From Abditibacterium sp. (GTDB lineage Bacteria > Armatimonadota > Abditibacteriia > Abditibacteriales > Abditibacteriaceae): DNA of 64,000 nt. The first letter of the stretch is position 1; every line of letters begins with the position of its first letter. Below are positions 17,824 to 28,723 of this stretch, piece after piece. Below the pieces are notes generated by a model, which was given only the letters and a program-made list of their open reading frames with translations, was not told the DNA's origin and did no database searches. The DNA lies in assembly GCA_965246885.1 (NCBI GenBank), contig OZ251992.1, positions 3,008,001 to 3,072,000 on the forward strand, read 5' to 3'. The translations under genes and the position numbers were made by a program.

Positions 17824-19065
17824 TCAGGCAACGCCCGTTTCGGGGCGAAGCGGCACGCTGAGGATAAAAGTTGCGCCTTCGCCGGGCGGACTTTCGATGC
17901 GGATGCAGCCGCCGTGAGCGCGCGCCACAAGGTCGCAAAATGTCAGCCCAAGTCCGGTGCCTCCTTCGACGTTTGTGGCGGAGTTCGGGTTGTTGGCCTG
18001 CGCAAATTTCTGGAAGATGCGCTCGCGTTCTTCGGGAGCGATGCCTTGGCCCGAGTCGGAAACAGCAAACGCGACGTGATCGTTTTCGCGGCGCGCTTCG
18101 AGCGAAACGGAGCTCCGAACCGGCGAAAACTTCAGGGCGTTGCCGAGCAAATTGACGAGCGCGCGCTGCAATTTGTCCTCGTCGGCCCGAAAGGGGGGCA
18201 AGTCGCTCTCGCTCCCGACGGACAGCGTGATGCCGCGATAGGTGGCGATGGAGGCGACTTGGCGCGCCGCCCCTTCGATGAGCGCTGCCGCGTTCACGTC
18301 TTGCCAGTTCAAATCCCATGTGCCGCTTTGCATCTTGGCGACATCCAAAATGGTGTTGACCAAGGACAGCACCCGCTCGCCGCCATGCAGCGAAAGCGAC
18401 AGCATTTCCTGTTGGTCGGCGTTGAGTTGTCCAAGCGAGGGAACCAACTGCAAGCCCATCAGCAAAGAGGAAAGCGGCGTTCGCAGGTCGTGAACCAGCA
18501 TCTGCACCGCTTCTTCGCCCGAAGCGCGCGCTTGGTAAACGTCGCTCAGGTTCGTGCGTAGCTGCGCGGTCGCCACACGCAACTCGACTTCGGACATCGC
18601 CGCCGCCGCCAACCCGCGCAGAATTTCGATATCACCCTCGCTCCACTGACGCGGCACGAAATCAATGGCGCAAAAGGAGCCGAGCGTGTGGCCTTGCGAC
18701 GTGACGAGCGGAATGCCCGCATACGCCACGACATTGGCTTCGAGGGTGCTCAGGTTGTCTTTGACGAGCGGATGCACGCGCGCGTCCTCGATGAGCATCG
18801 CTTCGCCGGACGCGACGACGTGCTTGCAAAACGAATGAGAATGCGGCGTTTGGCGCGCTTCGCACCACGAGATGTTCTGGCTTTTGAAAAACTGGCGCTC
18901 GGCGTCCACAAGGGAAACCAGCGCAATCGGCACGCCCAGCACTTTGCTGGCTAAGGTCGTCAGCCGGTCAAAAGCCGCTTCGGGCGCGGTGTCGAGCAAA
19001 CCGCTTTCTTGAAGCGCGGCCAAGCGCTGCGGATCGTTGACGCGATTAGAAACATCGAAAGACAT
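17824..19065 (-). CDS. GAF-domain sensor histidine kinase
   Basis: GAF (LLDTAPEAAFDRLT...HSFCKH), H-box HDLRTPL, NLLGNALKF, DSGQGI, GTGLGL. Confidence 0.93.
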   Translation of the reverse strand: MSFDVSNRVNDPQRLAALQESGLLDTAPEAAFDRLTTLASKVLGVPIALVSLVDAERQFFKSQNISWCEARQTPHSHSFCKHVVASGEAMLIEDARVHPLVKDNLSTLEANVVAYAGIPLVTSQGHTLGSFCAIDFVPRQWSEGDIEILRGLAAAAMSEVELRVATAQLRTNLSDVYQARASGEEAVQMLVHDLRTPLSSLLMGLQLVPSLGQLNADQQEMLSLSLHGGERVLSLVNTILDVAKMQSGTWDLNWQDVNAAALIEGAARQVASIATYRGITLSVGSESDLPPFRADEDKLQRALVNLLGNALKFSPVRSSVSLEARRENDHVAFAVSDSGQGIAPEERERIFQKFAQANNPNSATNVEGGTGLGLTFCDLVARAHGGCIRIESPPGEGATFILSVPLRPETGVA

Positions 19066-19107
19066 AGAATTTCCTTCCACTGAAACGAACCGCGCGCGAA
19101 GCACGCT

Positions 19108-19674
19108 TTACAAACCCGGCAGTTGATGCCAATTGCTGAGTAACTTGAGCGATTGGAGGCGTTCGGAGTCTACGCGGACTTCGCTGATAGCTTCTAAATG
19201 AATGGTGGCTTCGCGGTCAATGACGCCGTAAGGGTCGAAGACTTCGAGGGTCATGGTTTCGAGTTCGACGCTCTTGACGGCGCCGTTGTCGAAGTCTTCG
19301 GCGGCGACTTCGACCGTGACCAGCAACTCCTCGCGCTGCGCGGCCATCAGTATCTCGACGACGAGGTTGGTTTGCGCGTCGAAGTCAGACACCAGCACAG
19401 TCGGGAACTGCTGCTTACGGGCGCTGAACAGGAAGGCGAGGCGCTCCAAGTAGCGCCCCTCGGTGTCCACGCGGAAGATGGAATCGCAGTATTTGAGGAC
19501 GTAGCCGTCGTAGCGGCCTTCGGGCGATAGGTGGCGCAGGATGACGTGCGTTTCGGACACGGCTTCGATCCAGCCCGCGAGAAAGGCGCGCGGGTTGTCG
19601 GGGTTGCAATAGATGGCGACGGGCATATCGCCTTGGCGCGCCTTGAGCAAGACGTTGTAAAACGGTTCGTTCAT
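19108..19674 (-). CDS. Hypothetical protein (188 aa)
   Basis: ATG-started ORF with host-like codon usage, upstream of and co-oriented with the kinase. Confidence 0.75.
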   Translation of the reverse strand: MNEPFYNVLLKARQGDMPVAIYCNPDNPRAFLAGWIEAVSETHVILRHLSPEGRYDGYVLKYCDSIFRVDTEGRYLERLAFLFSARKQQFPTVLVSDFDAQTNLVVEILMAAQREELLVTVEVAAEDFDNGAVKSVELETMTLEVFDPYGVIDREATIHLEAISEVRVDSERLQSLKLLSNWHQLPGL

Positions 19675-19727
19675 TTGGTGGCCCGCAGTTTAAACACGCG
19701 GCGTTTGAAGGGGTTTAACTTGCTGTC

Positions 19728-21409
19728 ATGTCCGAATTGCCCACCAAAGAAACGCAGCAAGTCGAATTCAAAAGCGATTTGAAGAAATTGTCCGACCGCG
19801 AACTCATGGGGACAGTTGTCTGCTTGGCCAACAGCGAGGGAGGCGATATTTACTTGGGCGTCGAAGATGACGGGACACCGACCGGGCTTCACCGCGAACA
19901 CCAAAACGTCGAAACGTTGGCCGCATTCGTCGCCAACCTCACCCTCCCGCCCGTGCCGGTGCGCGTGGAAAAGCTGAACGAGGCCGGAGTAAGCGTGGCC
20001 AAAATCAGCGTGCCTCGCTCTCAAACGGTGGTGGCAACCAGCGAAGGATTATCGCTCCGGCGACGTCTTAAAGCCGACGGCACACCGGAGTGCGTGCCCT
20101 TCCCTCCGCACGAACACCCGTCGCGTCAGAGTCGAATTAGCGCCCTCGACGTTTCGCTCCAAGCAGTCGCACAGGCGACGTTAGACGATTTAGACCCACT
20201 CGAACGGGCGCGACTGCGCGCGGTTATCGAACGCTACAAAGGCGAAAAGGCGCTTCTTGGGTTGGACGATGAAGAGTTAAATGGCGTGTTGGAGTTTACG
20301 ACGACATTTGAAGGGCGCACCGTTCCCACGCTGTGCGGCTTGCTGTTGCTGGGTAAAGAGGCTTCGCTTCGTAGGTTGGTGCCTACCCACGAAGTCGCGT
20401 TTCAAGTGCTGGATGAAACTTCCGTCAAGACCAACTATTTCTCCCGCGCCCCACTTTTGCGGGTTTTTGAAGCGATTTATGAGAACTCGTTTTTGCAAAT
20501 CGAGCGCGACGACGATGAGATTCAAGTCGGGATGTTCCGCGTGGCAGTTCCAGCCTACGAGCGGAGCGTGTTTCGAGAAGCCTTTGTGAACGCTCTTGTC
20601 CACCGCGACTTTTCGCGCATGGGCGCGGTTCATATCCAAGCGCAAATCGGCAGCGAGCCGCATCTTTCGCTGTCCAACCCCGGTGGTTTTGTCGAGGGCG
20701 TAAGCGTCTCGAACATTCTCGACACCCCGCCACGCCCGCGCAACCCCCGGCTCGCGGACGTTCTCAAACGCATCGGGCTGGCCGAGCGCACAGGGCGAGG
20801 AGTTGATCTCATCTTTTCCGGCGTGTTACGCTACGGACGCCCCGCGCCCGATTATAGCGCTCCAACGATGCGGGGGTTGTGGTGCGTCTGTCGGGAATTC
20901 AGCCCGACCTACCGTTTCTCCAACTAGGGTTGGAAGAGGAGCAACGTTTGGGGCACGGTCTGCCGCTCCCGATGCTGTTGGCGCTTTCCGCCTTACACCA
21001 CGAGCGCCGTTTGACGTGCGAGCAGATGGCGCCTCACCTTCAAAAATCCTCCAATGTCGCCCGCGCGACACTCGAAAAGTTGGTAGAGCAAGGGCTGGTC
21101 GAAGCACACAATGACGGCGCCGAGCGCGCTTACACCCTCAGTCGGCAAATCTATCGGCGTTTGGGCCAAAGCGCGCATTACATCCGGCAAACAGCTTCCG
21201 GCCCATTGGAACATCACGAACTGGTCAGAAAATTTGTCGCCGCAAACGGTTCCATCAAGCGAGCGCAAGTCGTCGAACTTTGCCGCGTCGAACCCAAACA
21301 AGCGACCCAGTTGCTCCTGATGATGGAAGCCCAACATGTCCTCCAACGCCGGGGAGCGCGACGCGGAACAAGCTACTTTCCGGGAAAGGCTTGGGACGAA
21401 GCCTCCTAA
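19728..21409 (+). pseudogene. Schlafen/AlbA_2 + HATPase_c_4 + HTH protein, frameshifted near 20858
   Basis: ETQQVEFKSD..LANSEGGDIYLG (AlbA_2), REAFVNALVHRD, PRNPRLA. The frame breaks at PAPDYS; one added base restores DYS-RSNDAGVVVRLSG into the 20879..21409 ORF. Confidence 0.82.
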
Positions 21410-21557
21410 AAACGCCCCCCAACCCAGTTATGACCCGCACTATAACCCAGAAGTCATAGTTATGACCTACAGGTCATAAAGAATTCATAACGCGAAGTTT
21501 CATCCACGCCCCCTCCGTGTTCATCTGTGGGCGAGAAAGGGCGTCAAACTGTTCGCT

Positions 21558-22955
21558 ATGAAACCGCGCTACTGGATACAAACCTACGGCTGCCAGATGA
21601 ACGTCCACGACTCCGAACGGATGGCGGGCATGCTCGAATCGCTGGGCCTCGCCGCAACAGATAAGGCGGAGGATGCCGATGTGATTCTGCTCAACACCTG
21701 CGCGGTGCGCGAGCGGCCCGAACAGAAGCTGTATTCCGACTTGGGGCGCTTGCGGACGCTCAAGGTCGCTAAGCCGAACCTGCTGATTGGCGTCGCGGGC
21801 TGTATGGCGCAACGCGAGGCGGACTCGATTCGGCGCCGCGTGCCCGAAGTGGACATCCTGCTCGGCCCGCGCAATTTGCATCACTTGCCGCTCCTCGTCC
21901 GCCAAGCGCAAAGCGGCGGCGGGCAAGCGGGGTTTGGCTTGGGACTCGATACCGACCCCACGCCCGTTACGCCGGTTCGCCGCACGAGCGCCACGAGCGC
22001 GTGGGTGGACGTGATTTTCGGCTGCAATTTCAAATGCACCTACTGCGCCGTGCCGAGCGCGCGCGGTCGGGAAATCTCGCGGCGCCCGTCAGAAGTTCTC
22101 GATGAAATCCGCGCGCTGAGCGATTTGGGCTACCGCGAGATTACCCTGCTCGGCCAAACCGTCAACGCCTACGGGCACGACTTGGGGCGCCTCGACGACG
22201 GCACGCGGCTCGACTTTGTGTGGCTGCTCGAACAAATCAACGCCATCAACCCTGACTTGCGCATCCGCTTCACCTCGCCGCACCCGATGTATTTCTCCGA
22301 TGCCTTGGTGGACGCCATCGCGCAGTTGCCAAGCGTGTGCGAGCACTTGCACATGCCGATGCAGTCGGGCGACGACGCGGTTTTGAAGCGCATGAAGCGC
22401 ACCTATTCGGTCGAACGCTACCGCGCCATCGTCGAGAAAGTGCGCGCGCGGATGCCGGACGTCACCCTTACAACGGATGCCATCGTCGGCTTTTGCGGCG
22501 AGACGGACGCGGAGTTTGAAAACACCCTGCGCGTCTTCCGCGAAGTGCGCTTTGACCAAGCGTTCATGTTCGCGTATTCGCCGCGCCACACGACTGAAGC
22601 CTTCGATTGGCCCGACGATGTGCCCGCGCCGGTGAAAAAGGAGCGCCTCAACCGCTTGATAGATTTGCAAGCCGACATCTCGCGCGACATCAACGGCGCC
22701 CTCGTCGGTAAACGCTTCGAGGTGTTGGTCGAAGGGCCAAGTGACAAAGACCCCACCCGCTTGGCGGGCCGCACGCGCGGCGGGAAGTTGATGATTTTCC
22801 CCGGCACACTCGCCGATGTTCCCGTCGGCACGCTCGTCGAAGTCGAAGCGCGCGAGGGGTTCTTGTGGGGCTTCACTGGCGAACTGTCGCGCGTGGTGAC
22901 GCCCACAACGACCCGCGCGCCGCGCGTCTTGATGGAGCTAACGATGGCGGGGTAA
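21558..22955 (+). CDS. miaB: tRNA-2-methylthio-N6-dimethylallyladenosine synthase
   Basis: TYGCQMNVHDSE, LLNTCAVRE, GCMAQ, CNFKCTYC radical SAM motif, C-terminal TRAM domain. Confidence 0.96.
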   Translation: MKPRYWIQTYGCQMNVHDSERMAGMLESLGLAATDKAEDADVILLNTCAVRERPEQKLYSDLGRLRTLKVAKPNLLIGVAGCMAQREADSIRRRVPEVDILLGPRNLHHLPLLVRQAQSGGGQAGFGLGLDTDPTPVTPVRRTSATSAWVDVIFGCNFKCTYCAVPSARGREISRRPSEVLDEIRALSDLGYREITLLGQTVNAYGHDLGRLDDGTRLDFVWLLEQINAINPDLRIRFTSPHPMYFSDALVDAIAQLPSVCEHLHMPMQSGDDAVLKRMKRTYSVERYRAIVEKVRARMPDVTLTTDAIVGFCGETDAEFENTLRVFREVRFDQAFMFAYSPRHTTEAFDWPDDVPAPVKKERLNRLIDLQADISRDINGALVGKRFEVLVEGPSDKDPTRLAGRTRGGKLMIFPGTLADVPVGTLVEVEAREGFLWGFTGELSRVVTPTTTRAPRVLMELTMAG

Positions 22956-22985
22956 ACCTTCCGCGCACTTTCCCGTTTGGCCTAA

Positions 22986-24143
22986 ATGATGTTTCACCGT
23001 CTTCTACTTATGCGCTGGATTGCCATTCTCGCCGTCGCTTCGGCGTGCGCCCTGCCATTGTGGGCGCAAGGCGGCGCCGATTTGCCCGACTTCGATGCGC
23101 AAAGCAAGGCACTCTCCGCGCCGCGCGTGGATACGGTTGACCAACTCCGCGACCAAGGCCGCGCGCTGCTCGGCAAAACGGTCGAACTGCGCGGCGTCGT
23201 TCAAGGCGTGTCGGAGGGCGGCAACTCGCTGTCCATCTTGCTCGAACTTCCCGGCGGGCAAACGCAAGTTATCAGCGCCACACCCTCTTTCAAGAGTTCG
23301 CCCGCCGGACGCGCGGGGAACTGGGTGAGGTTGCTTTGCCGCGTGCAAGCGACGGTGGGCGACGACGCCCTCTTGCAACTCGTGAACGCTTCGGCGAAGC
23401 GGCCCACCGCTTCGGACGCCGATAGTGACAAGGGCGCGACGCTCGCCGTCCCCGCTTACGCGCCGGGAGCGCCCCCGCCGTCGCAGGTATTGGCCCCGGA
23501 AACGACGACCGACACCGGCATTGTCATCGGGCCGGAAGTTGAACTGCCCGCCGCCCTCCCCGTTCCCAAGCGGGACGGCGCTACCCGCAGGAGAGACACT
23601 GCTACTCCCAAGAGAGACGGCGCTCCTCGCACCATTGTCCCCCGCGACAACGCTTTTTACGGCTTTGACGATCCCAGCCGCGCGGCTTTCGCCTCGCTCG
23701 CGCTACGCACCAACCCGCGCTTGGGTTCCGACCGCGCCGACGAAATCGCCACTTCCCTGCTGGACGCCGCGCAAAGCCAGCACCTCGACCCGCGCTTTTT
23801 GGCGGCGGTCGTTCAAGTCGAGTCCGGCTTCAACCCCTACGCCGTCTCCGGCGCGGGCGCGATGGGCTTGGGCCAACTCATGCCGTTCAACCTGCGACCG
23901 CTCGGCGTCTACGACGCTTGGGATCCAGCCCAAAACCTGCGCGGCGCCGCCCGGTTGCTCCGCCAAAATCTGAACGTTTATGCGCGCGACGCCAACGGCA
24001 CCATGCTCGCCGTCGCCGCGTATCATGCGGGCGTGGGCGCCGTCAACCGCGCCGGACGCGCCATCCCTAAAGCCACCACGCAAAAGTATGTGTGGAAGGT
24101 CTACTACGCCTACCGCGCCTTGGCGCCGGAATTGTTCCGCTAA
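22986..24143 (+). CDS. Secreted lytic transglycosylase (SLT domain)
   Basis: Signal peptide; VQVESGFNPYAVSGAGAMGLGQLMP; AAYHAG. Start may be up to 8 codons later. Confidence 0.9.
   Translation: MMFHRLLLMRWIAILAVASACALPLWAQGGADLPDFDAQSKALSAPRVDTVDQLRDQGRALLGKTVELRGVVQGVSEGGNSLSILLELPGGQTQVISATPSFKSSPAGRAGNWVRLLCRVQATVGDDALLQLVNASAKRPTASDADSDKGATLAVPAYAPGAPPPSQVLAPETTTDTGIVIGPEVELPAALPVPKRDGATRRRDTATPKRDGAPRTIVPRDNAFYGFDDPSRAAFASLALRTNPRLGSDRADEIATSLLDAAQSQHLDPRFLAAVVQVESGFNPYAVSGAGAMGLGQLMPFNLRPLGVYDAWDPAQNLRGAARLLRQNLNVYARDANGTMLAVAAYHAGVGAVNRAGRAIPKATTQKYVWKVYYAYRALAPELFR
23565..23627 (+). repeat. 3 x 21-bp degenerate repeat, in-frame in the SLT linker
   Basis: CCCAAGCGGGACGGCGCTACC / CGCAGGAGAGACACTGCTACT / CCCAAGAGAGACGGCGCTCCT. 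Confidence 0.7.
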
Positions 24144-24152
24144 CCACCCACC

Positions 24153-24590
24153 ATGACCGGATTCGTTCACGCTTCCATCGGCGCCGCTTTGGGGCGCTAT
24201 CTCAAGAACCCCGCGCTCGCTTTTGTCGTGGGCGTCGCGTCGCACGTCGTTGGCGACATGATTCCCCATCACGACATGGACATTGGCGAAACGCCGCTTG
24301 TGTTCGGCACCCTCGCGCAGATTGGCCGCGTGCACGGATGGAAGTCGCCGCAGTTTTGGGGTGCGCTGGGCGCCGTTTGCCCCGACTTCGAGCACATCCC
24401 CTATGAACTCAAGCGCGACCCGCGCCGCTACGAGCCGATGAAAGAGAAGTTCATCCCCACTCACAACGGCAAACTCCCGCACCGCAAGTGGCCCTTCGAG
24501 GAAAAGTGGGGCGTCATGTTCAACTTCGCCGTGTTCATTCTGGGCCTGTGGATAGCGGGCACGCTCGTGACGGGCCGGGAGGGGAAGTAA
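24153..24590 (+). CDS. Membrane-bound metal-dependent hydrolase-like protein
   Basis: VHASIG, SHVVGDMIPHHD and PDFEH His/Asp motifs within hydrophobic segments. Confidence 0.7.
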   Translation: MTGFVHASIGAALGRYLKNPALAFVVGVASHVVGDMIPHHDMDIGETPLVFGTLAQIGRVHGWKSPQFWGALGAVCPDFEHIPYELKRDPRRYEPMKEKFIPTHNGKLPHRKWPFEEKWGVMFNFAVFILGLWIAGTLVTGREGK

Positions 24591-25030
24591 TGGCACTGCG
24601 AAAGGAGGGGCAATACAGTTACGGTGACTCCAACCTCGACATTCGGGAGGGGTTGACAAGATATAGCCGCAAACAGGGTTGTTTGGCTGTGCACTTTGCG
24701 GATGCTGTTTGCGGCTGTGGCAGCAAGGTGTTCCATCTTTCGCTTGAGGACACCGAAGGTGCGGCAATTCGTGAGTGCATAAGTTGCAAGGCCGAGCATC
24801 CAATCGGCGACAGCCAAGACTATCTTGAGGACGCAGAGCTTAAGGAATGTCAGTGCCCCTGCGGTTCAGGCGCGTTTGAAATAACGGCTGGCGTTGCGCT
24901 GTATGGAAACAGCGAGGATGTCAAATGGCTCTACATCGGTTGCCGTTGCGTCAAGTGCGGTTTAACCGCGTGCTACGGCGACTGGAAAAACGAGTACAAC
25001 GGCTTCAGTAAGCTCCTGAGCCGCATTTAG
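24590..25030 (+). CDS. Cys-rich hypothetical protein (putative zinc-binding)
   Basis: CGC, CISC, CPC and CVKC motifs; TAATG overlap with the upstream gene; lower GC. Confidence 0.75.
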   Translation: MALRKEGQYSYGDSNLDIREGLTRYSRKQGCLAVHFADAVCGCGSKVFHLSLEDTEGAAIRECISCKAEHPIGDSQDYLEDAELKECQCPCGSGAFEITAGVALYGNSEDVKWLYIGCRCVKCGLTACYGDWKNEYNGFSKLLSRI

Positions 25031-25162
25031 AAGTTCCGCTCGCCTGCAACCCGACAAGCCGCTGCTCTACCCTCCGTCGCGCCTCTGTCCCGCCGCCCCG
25101 TGAGTGTGAGGGGAGCCTGTCACGCAGCGTACGATGGCGCACGCATTGCGGCAAAACCGTCC

Positions 25163-28100
25163 ATGACGCAGCGAAACCCGGCAGTCGAGGACATCGAAAC
25201 CTACGCGCAAGACATCGTGGACACCGTGCGCGAGCCGCTTCTGATGCTCGATACCACGCTAAGGGTGCGAAGTGCCAATCGCGCGTTTTACCAGACGTTC
25301 CAAGTCTCGCCGGGGGAAACCGAGAACCGCCTCATCTACGAACTGGGCAACGGACAGTGGGACATTCCCGACTTACGCACGCTCTTGGAGGACGTGGTGC
25401 CCAAGAGTTCGGTTTTCAATGACTTTGAACTCGAGCACACGTTTCCCATCATCGGGCGTCGTGTGATGCTGCTCAACGCCCGCAAGTTGCGGGCGGGCAG
25501 CCATGCCGAACTGCTGGTGTTGGCGATGGAGGACGTAACCGAGCGGCGCCGCGCCGAGGAAGCCTTGCTTCAAGCAGGCGCGCTACAAAACGCCATCTTC
25601 AACAGCGCCAACTTTTCGAGCATCGCTACCGATGCCAAGGGCGTCATCCAAATTTTCAACGTCGGCGCCGAGCGGATGCTGGGCTACGCCGCGTCGGAAG
25701 TAACCAACCAAATCACCCCCGCCGACATTTCCGACCCGCAGGAGGTCATCGCCCGCGCCGCGTCGCTTTCTCTGGAACTGGCCACCCCAATTACGCCCGG
25801 CTTCGAGGCGCTCGTCTTTAAAGCGGCGCGCGGCATTGAGGACATCTACGAACTAACATACATCCGCAAAGACGGCAGCCGCTTTCCGGCGGTCGTGTCC
25901 GTGACCGCTCTCCGTGACGCCGGAGACGCCATCATCGGCTACCTGCTGATTGGCACCGATAACACCGCGCGCAAGCAGGTCGAGGAAGAGCAGAAGAAGT
26001 TAGACCAGCGCCTGCGCGACCAGCAGTTTTACACGCGCTCGCTCATCGAATCGAACATAGACGCCCTGATGACGACCGACCCGCGCGGCATTATCACCGA
26101 CGTGAACAAGCAGATGGAGGCCCTCACCGGTTGCACGCGCGACGAACTGATCGGCGCCCCGTTCAAGAACTACTTCACCGACGCCGAGCGCGCCGAAGCG
26201 GGCATCAAACTCGTGCTGTCCGAGAAGAAGCTGACCGATTATGAACTGACCGTGCGCGCGCGCGACGGTAAGAAGACCGTTGTTTCCTATAACGCGACCA
26301 CCTTCTACGACCGCGACCGCCAACTGCAAGGCGTTTTCGCCGCCGCGCGCGACGTGACTGCCCAAAAGCAGGCCTCACAATACGCGCGCTCACTCATCGA
26401 AGCCTCGCCCGACCCACTCGTCACCATCAGCGCGCAAGGCAAAATCACCGACGTAAACGAGGCGAGCGTGCAAGCGACGGGCGTGGCGCGCGAACAACTG
26501 ATTGGCACGGACTTTTCCGACTATTTCACCGAGCCAGACAAAGCGCGCGCCGGGTATCAGCAAGTCTTCTCCGAGGGCGTGGTGCGCGATTACCCCCTCG
26601 CCATCCACCATACGACGGGCCGCATCACCGACGTGCTTTACAACGCGAGCGTGTACAAGGACGACCGGGGCAACGTCTTGGGCGTTTTCGCCGCCGCCCG
26701 CGACGTGACCATCAGTAAACGCTTCGAGCAGTCGCTACGCGAAAGCAACGTCGAGTTGGAAAGCGCCATCGCGGGCGCCGCCAAAGCCAAGGAAGCCGCC
26801 GAAACCGCCAACAAAACCAAGAGCCTCTTCTTGGCCAACATGAGCCACGAACTGCGCACGCCGCTCAACGCCATCTTGGGCTACTCCGAGATGCTCCAAG
26901 AGGAAGCCGCCGACCAACAGTTGGACGACTTCGTGCCCGACTTGCAAAAGATTCATTCGGCGGGCAAGCACTTGCTCGCGCTGATTAACGACATCCTCGA
27001 CCTTTCCAAAATCGAGGCGGGCAAGATGGAACTGTTCTTGGAATCGTTCGACATCGCGGGCATGATAGACGAGATCGCTTCGACGGTGAAGCCGATGGTC
27101 GCCAAGAACGGCAATGCCCTTCACATCGAGCGCGCGGGCGACCTTGGCATCATGCGCGCCGACGGCATCAAAGTCCGGCAAGGCCTGTTCAACCTGCTGT
27201 CCAACGCCGCCAAGTTCACCGAAGGGGGCGACATCACCCTCGACGTGCGGCGCGAGGTGATGGACGGGCGCCCTTGGATCGTGTTTCGCGTCGTGGATAC
27301 CGGCATCGGATTGAGTCCCGAACAGATCGTCAAGCTGTTTCAGGACTTCACCCAAGCCGACGCTTCGACCACCCGCAAGTTCGGCGGGACGGGCCTCGGT
27401 TTGGCCCTGACGCGGCGCTTTTGCCAAATGATGGGCGGCGACGTGACCGTGCACAGCGTTAAAGGAGAGGGGAGTACCTTCACTATCAAGCTGCCCGCCG
27501 TTGTCGCCGACGCCAAGCCCGAACACCCCGACACGCACGCCGCCAGTGTGCTTAGCGTGCCCGATGCCGCCATGACCAACGGCTGCATCTTGGTCATAGA
27601 CGACGACGCGACGCAACGCGAACTCATGGAGCGGTTTCTTTCCAAGGAGGGCTTTTGCGTGCGCACGGCGGGCGGCGGCGAGGAGGGCTTGCGCTTGGCC
27701 CGACAACTGCATCCTGTCGCCATCACGCTGGACGTGATGATGCCCGACTTGGACGGTTGGAGCGTCCTGTCGGCCCTCAAAGCCGACGCCGCCCTGCGCG
27801 ATGTCCCCGTAATTATGGTGACGATGGTGGACGACCCCGACCGGGGCTACACCCTCGGCGCCGCCGAATACGCGACCAAACCGGTGGACAGACACCGCTT
27901 GGCGCTGATTCTCAAGAAATACACCTGCGCCAACCCGCCCTGCCCCGTCTTGCTCGTCGAAGACGACCCCGCCACCCGCGCCCAAACGCGCGCCATCCTC
28001 GAACGCGAAGGCTGGAAAGTCTCCGAAGCCGCCACCGCACGCGCCGCCTTGGAACAAATGGCGGCCAATCGCCCAGCGCTCATCCTGCTCGACCTGATGC

Positions 28101-28309
28101 TCTCCGGCGACGGCTTCGATTTCGTTGACGCGGTGCGCGCCCACCCCGAATGGCGCTCCATCCCAATCGTCGTCTTAACCGCGAAAGACTTGTCGAAAGG
28201 GGAACAAAAGCGCCTGAGCGGGTCGGTCGAGACCATCCTCCACAAAACCGACAACCCGCGCGAAGCGCTATTGGAGCAAGTGCGAGGGTTGGTAGCAGGG
28301 TGCAAATAG
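25163..28309 (+). CDS. Cytoplasmic multi-PAS hybrid histidine kinase (4 PAS, HisKA, HATPase, 2 REC)
   Basis: [41 protein letters not shown] domains ILVIDDD..LDVMMP and VLLVEDD..LDLML. Confidence 0.95.
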   Translation: MTQRNPAVEDIETYAQDIVDTVREPLLMLDTTLRVRSANRAFYQTFQVSPGETENRLIYELGNGQWDIPDLRTLLEDVVPKSSVFNDFELEHTFPIIGRRVMLLNARKLRAGSHAELLVLAMEDVTERRRAEEALLQAGALQNAIFNSANFSSIATDAKGVIQIFNVGAERMLGYAASEVTNQITPADISDPQEVIARAASLSLELATPITPGFEALVFKAARGIEDIYELTYIRKDGSRFPAVVSVTALRDAGDAIIGYLLIGTDNTARKQVEEEQKKLDQRLRDQQFYTRSLIESNIDALMTTDPRGIITDVNKQMEALTGCTRDELIGAPFKNYFTDAERAEAGIKLVLSEKKLTDYELTVRARDGKKTVVSYNATTFYDRDRQLQGVFAAARDVTAQKQASQYARSLIEASPDPLVTISAQGKITDVNEASVQATGVAREQLIGTDFSDYFTEPDKARAGYQQVFSEGVVRDYPLAIHHTTGRITDVLYNASVYKDDRGNVLGVFAAARDVTISKRFEQSLRESNVELESAIAGAAKAKEAAETANKTKSLFLANMSHELRTPLNAILGYSEMLQEEAADQQLDDFVPDLQKIHSAGKHLLALINDILDLSKIEAGKMELFLESFDIAGMIDEIASTVKPMVAKNGNALHIERAGDLGIMRADGIKVRQGLFNLLSNAAKFTEGGDITLDVRREVMDGRPWIVFRVVDTGIGLSPEQIVKLFQDFTQADASTTRKFGGTGLGLALTRRFCQMMGGDVTVHSVKGEGSTFTIKLPAVVADAKPEHPDTHAASVLSVPDAAMTNGCILVIDDDATQRELMERFLSKEGFCVRTAGGGEEGLRLARQLHPVAITLDVMMPDLDGWSVLSALKADAALRDVPVIMVTMVDDPDRGYTLGAAEYATKPVDRHRLALILKKYTCANPPCPVLLVEDDPATRAQTRAILEREGWKVSEAATARAALEQMAANRPALILLDLMLSGDGFDFVDAVRAHPEWRSIPIVVLTAKDLSKGEQKRLSGSVETILHKTDNPREALLEQVRGLVAGCK

Positions 28310-28339
28310 ACCGTTGCCCGCGAGTGCCACACCACCACC

Positions 28340-28723
28340 ATGCCGAAAATCCTTTTAGTCGAAGACAACGAAATGAATCGCGATATGCTGTCCCGGCGCT
28401 TGGAGCGCAAGGGGTTCGTGGTCGTGCTGGCGGTGGACGGACAAAGCGGCGTGGAGATGGCGCGCGCCGAAGCGCCCGACTTGGTGCTGATGGACATGAG
28501 TTTGCCGGTCTTGGACGGTTGGGAAGCGACGCGCCGCCTCAAAGCGGACGCCGCGACGCGGCACATTCCCGTGATTGCGCTCACGGCGCACGCCATGTCG
28601 AGTGACCGCGAGAAAGCGCTCGAAGCGGGGTGCGACGATTACGATACTAAGCCCGTCGAACTGCCGCGCTTGTTGGAGAAAATCGCCGCCCTGTTGCCCG
28701 TCGCACGAGGAGACACCCCATGA
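28340..28723 (+). CDS. Single-domain response regulator (DivK-like)
   Basis: ILLVEDN, LMDMSLP, ALTAHAM, TKP. Confidence 0.95.
   Translation: MPKILLVEDNEMNRDMLSRRLERKGFVVVLAVDGQSGVEMARAEAPDLVLMDMSLPVLDGWEATRRLKADAATRHIPVIALTAHAMSSDREKALEAGCDDYDTKPVELPRLLEKIAALLPVARGDTP

Noticed and set aside
20845..20880. Programmed ribosomal frameshift in the Schlafen/AlbA_2 gene
   Set aside because: No slippery heptamer or homopolymer at the break; a simple 1-bp loss explains it.
25100..25165. c-di-GMP-I riboswitch upstream of the hybrid kinase
   Set aside because: GGCAAAACC is present, but the GNRA stem and GACGCAAAG elements are missing.
26735..28144. Long antisense ORFs (469 aa here; also 57294-58670, 8278-9525, 52427-53581 and others)
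   Set aside because: They overlap well-supported genes on the opposite strand and have no motifs; expected from high GC3.
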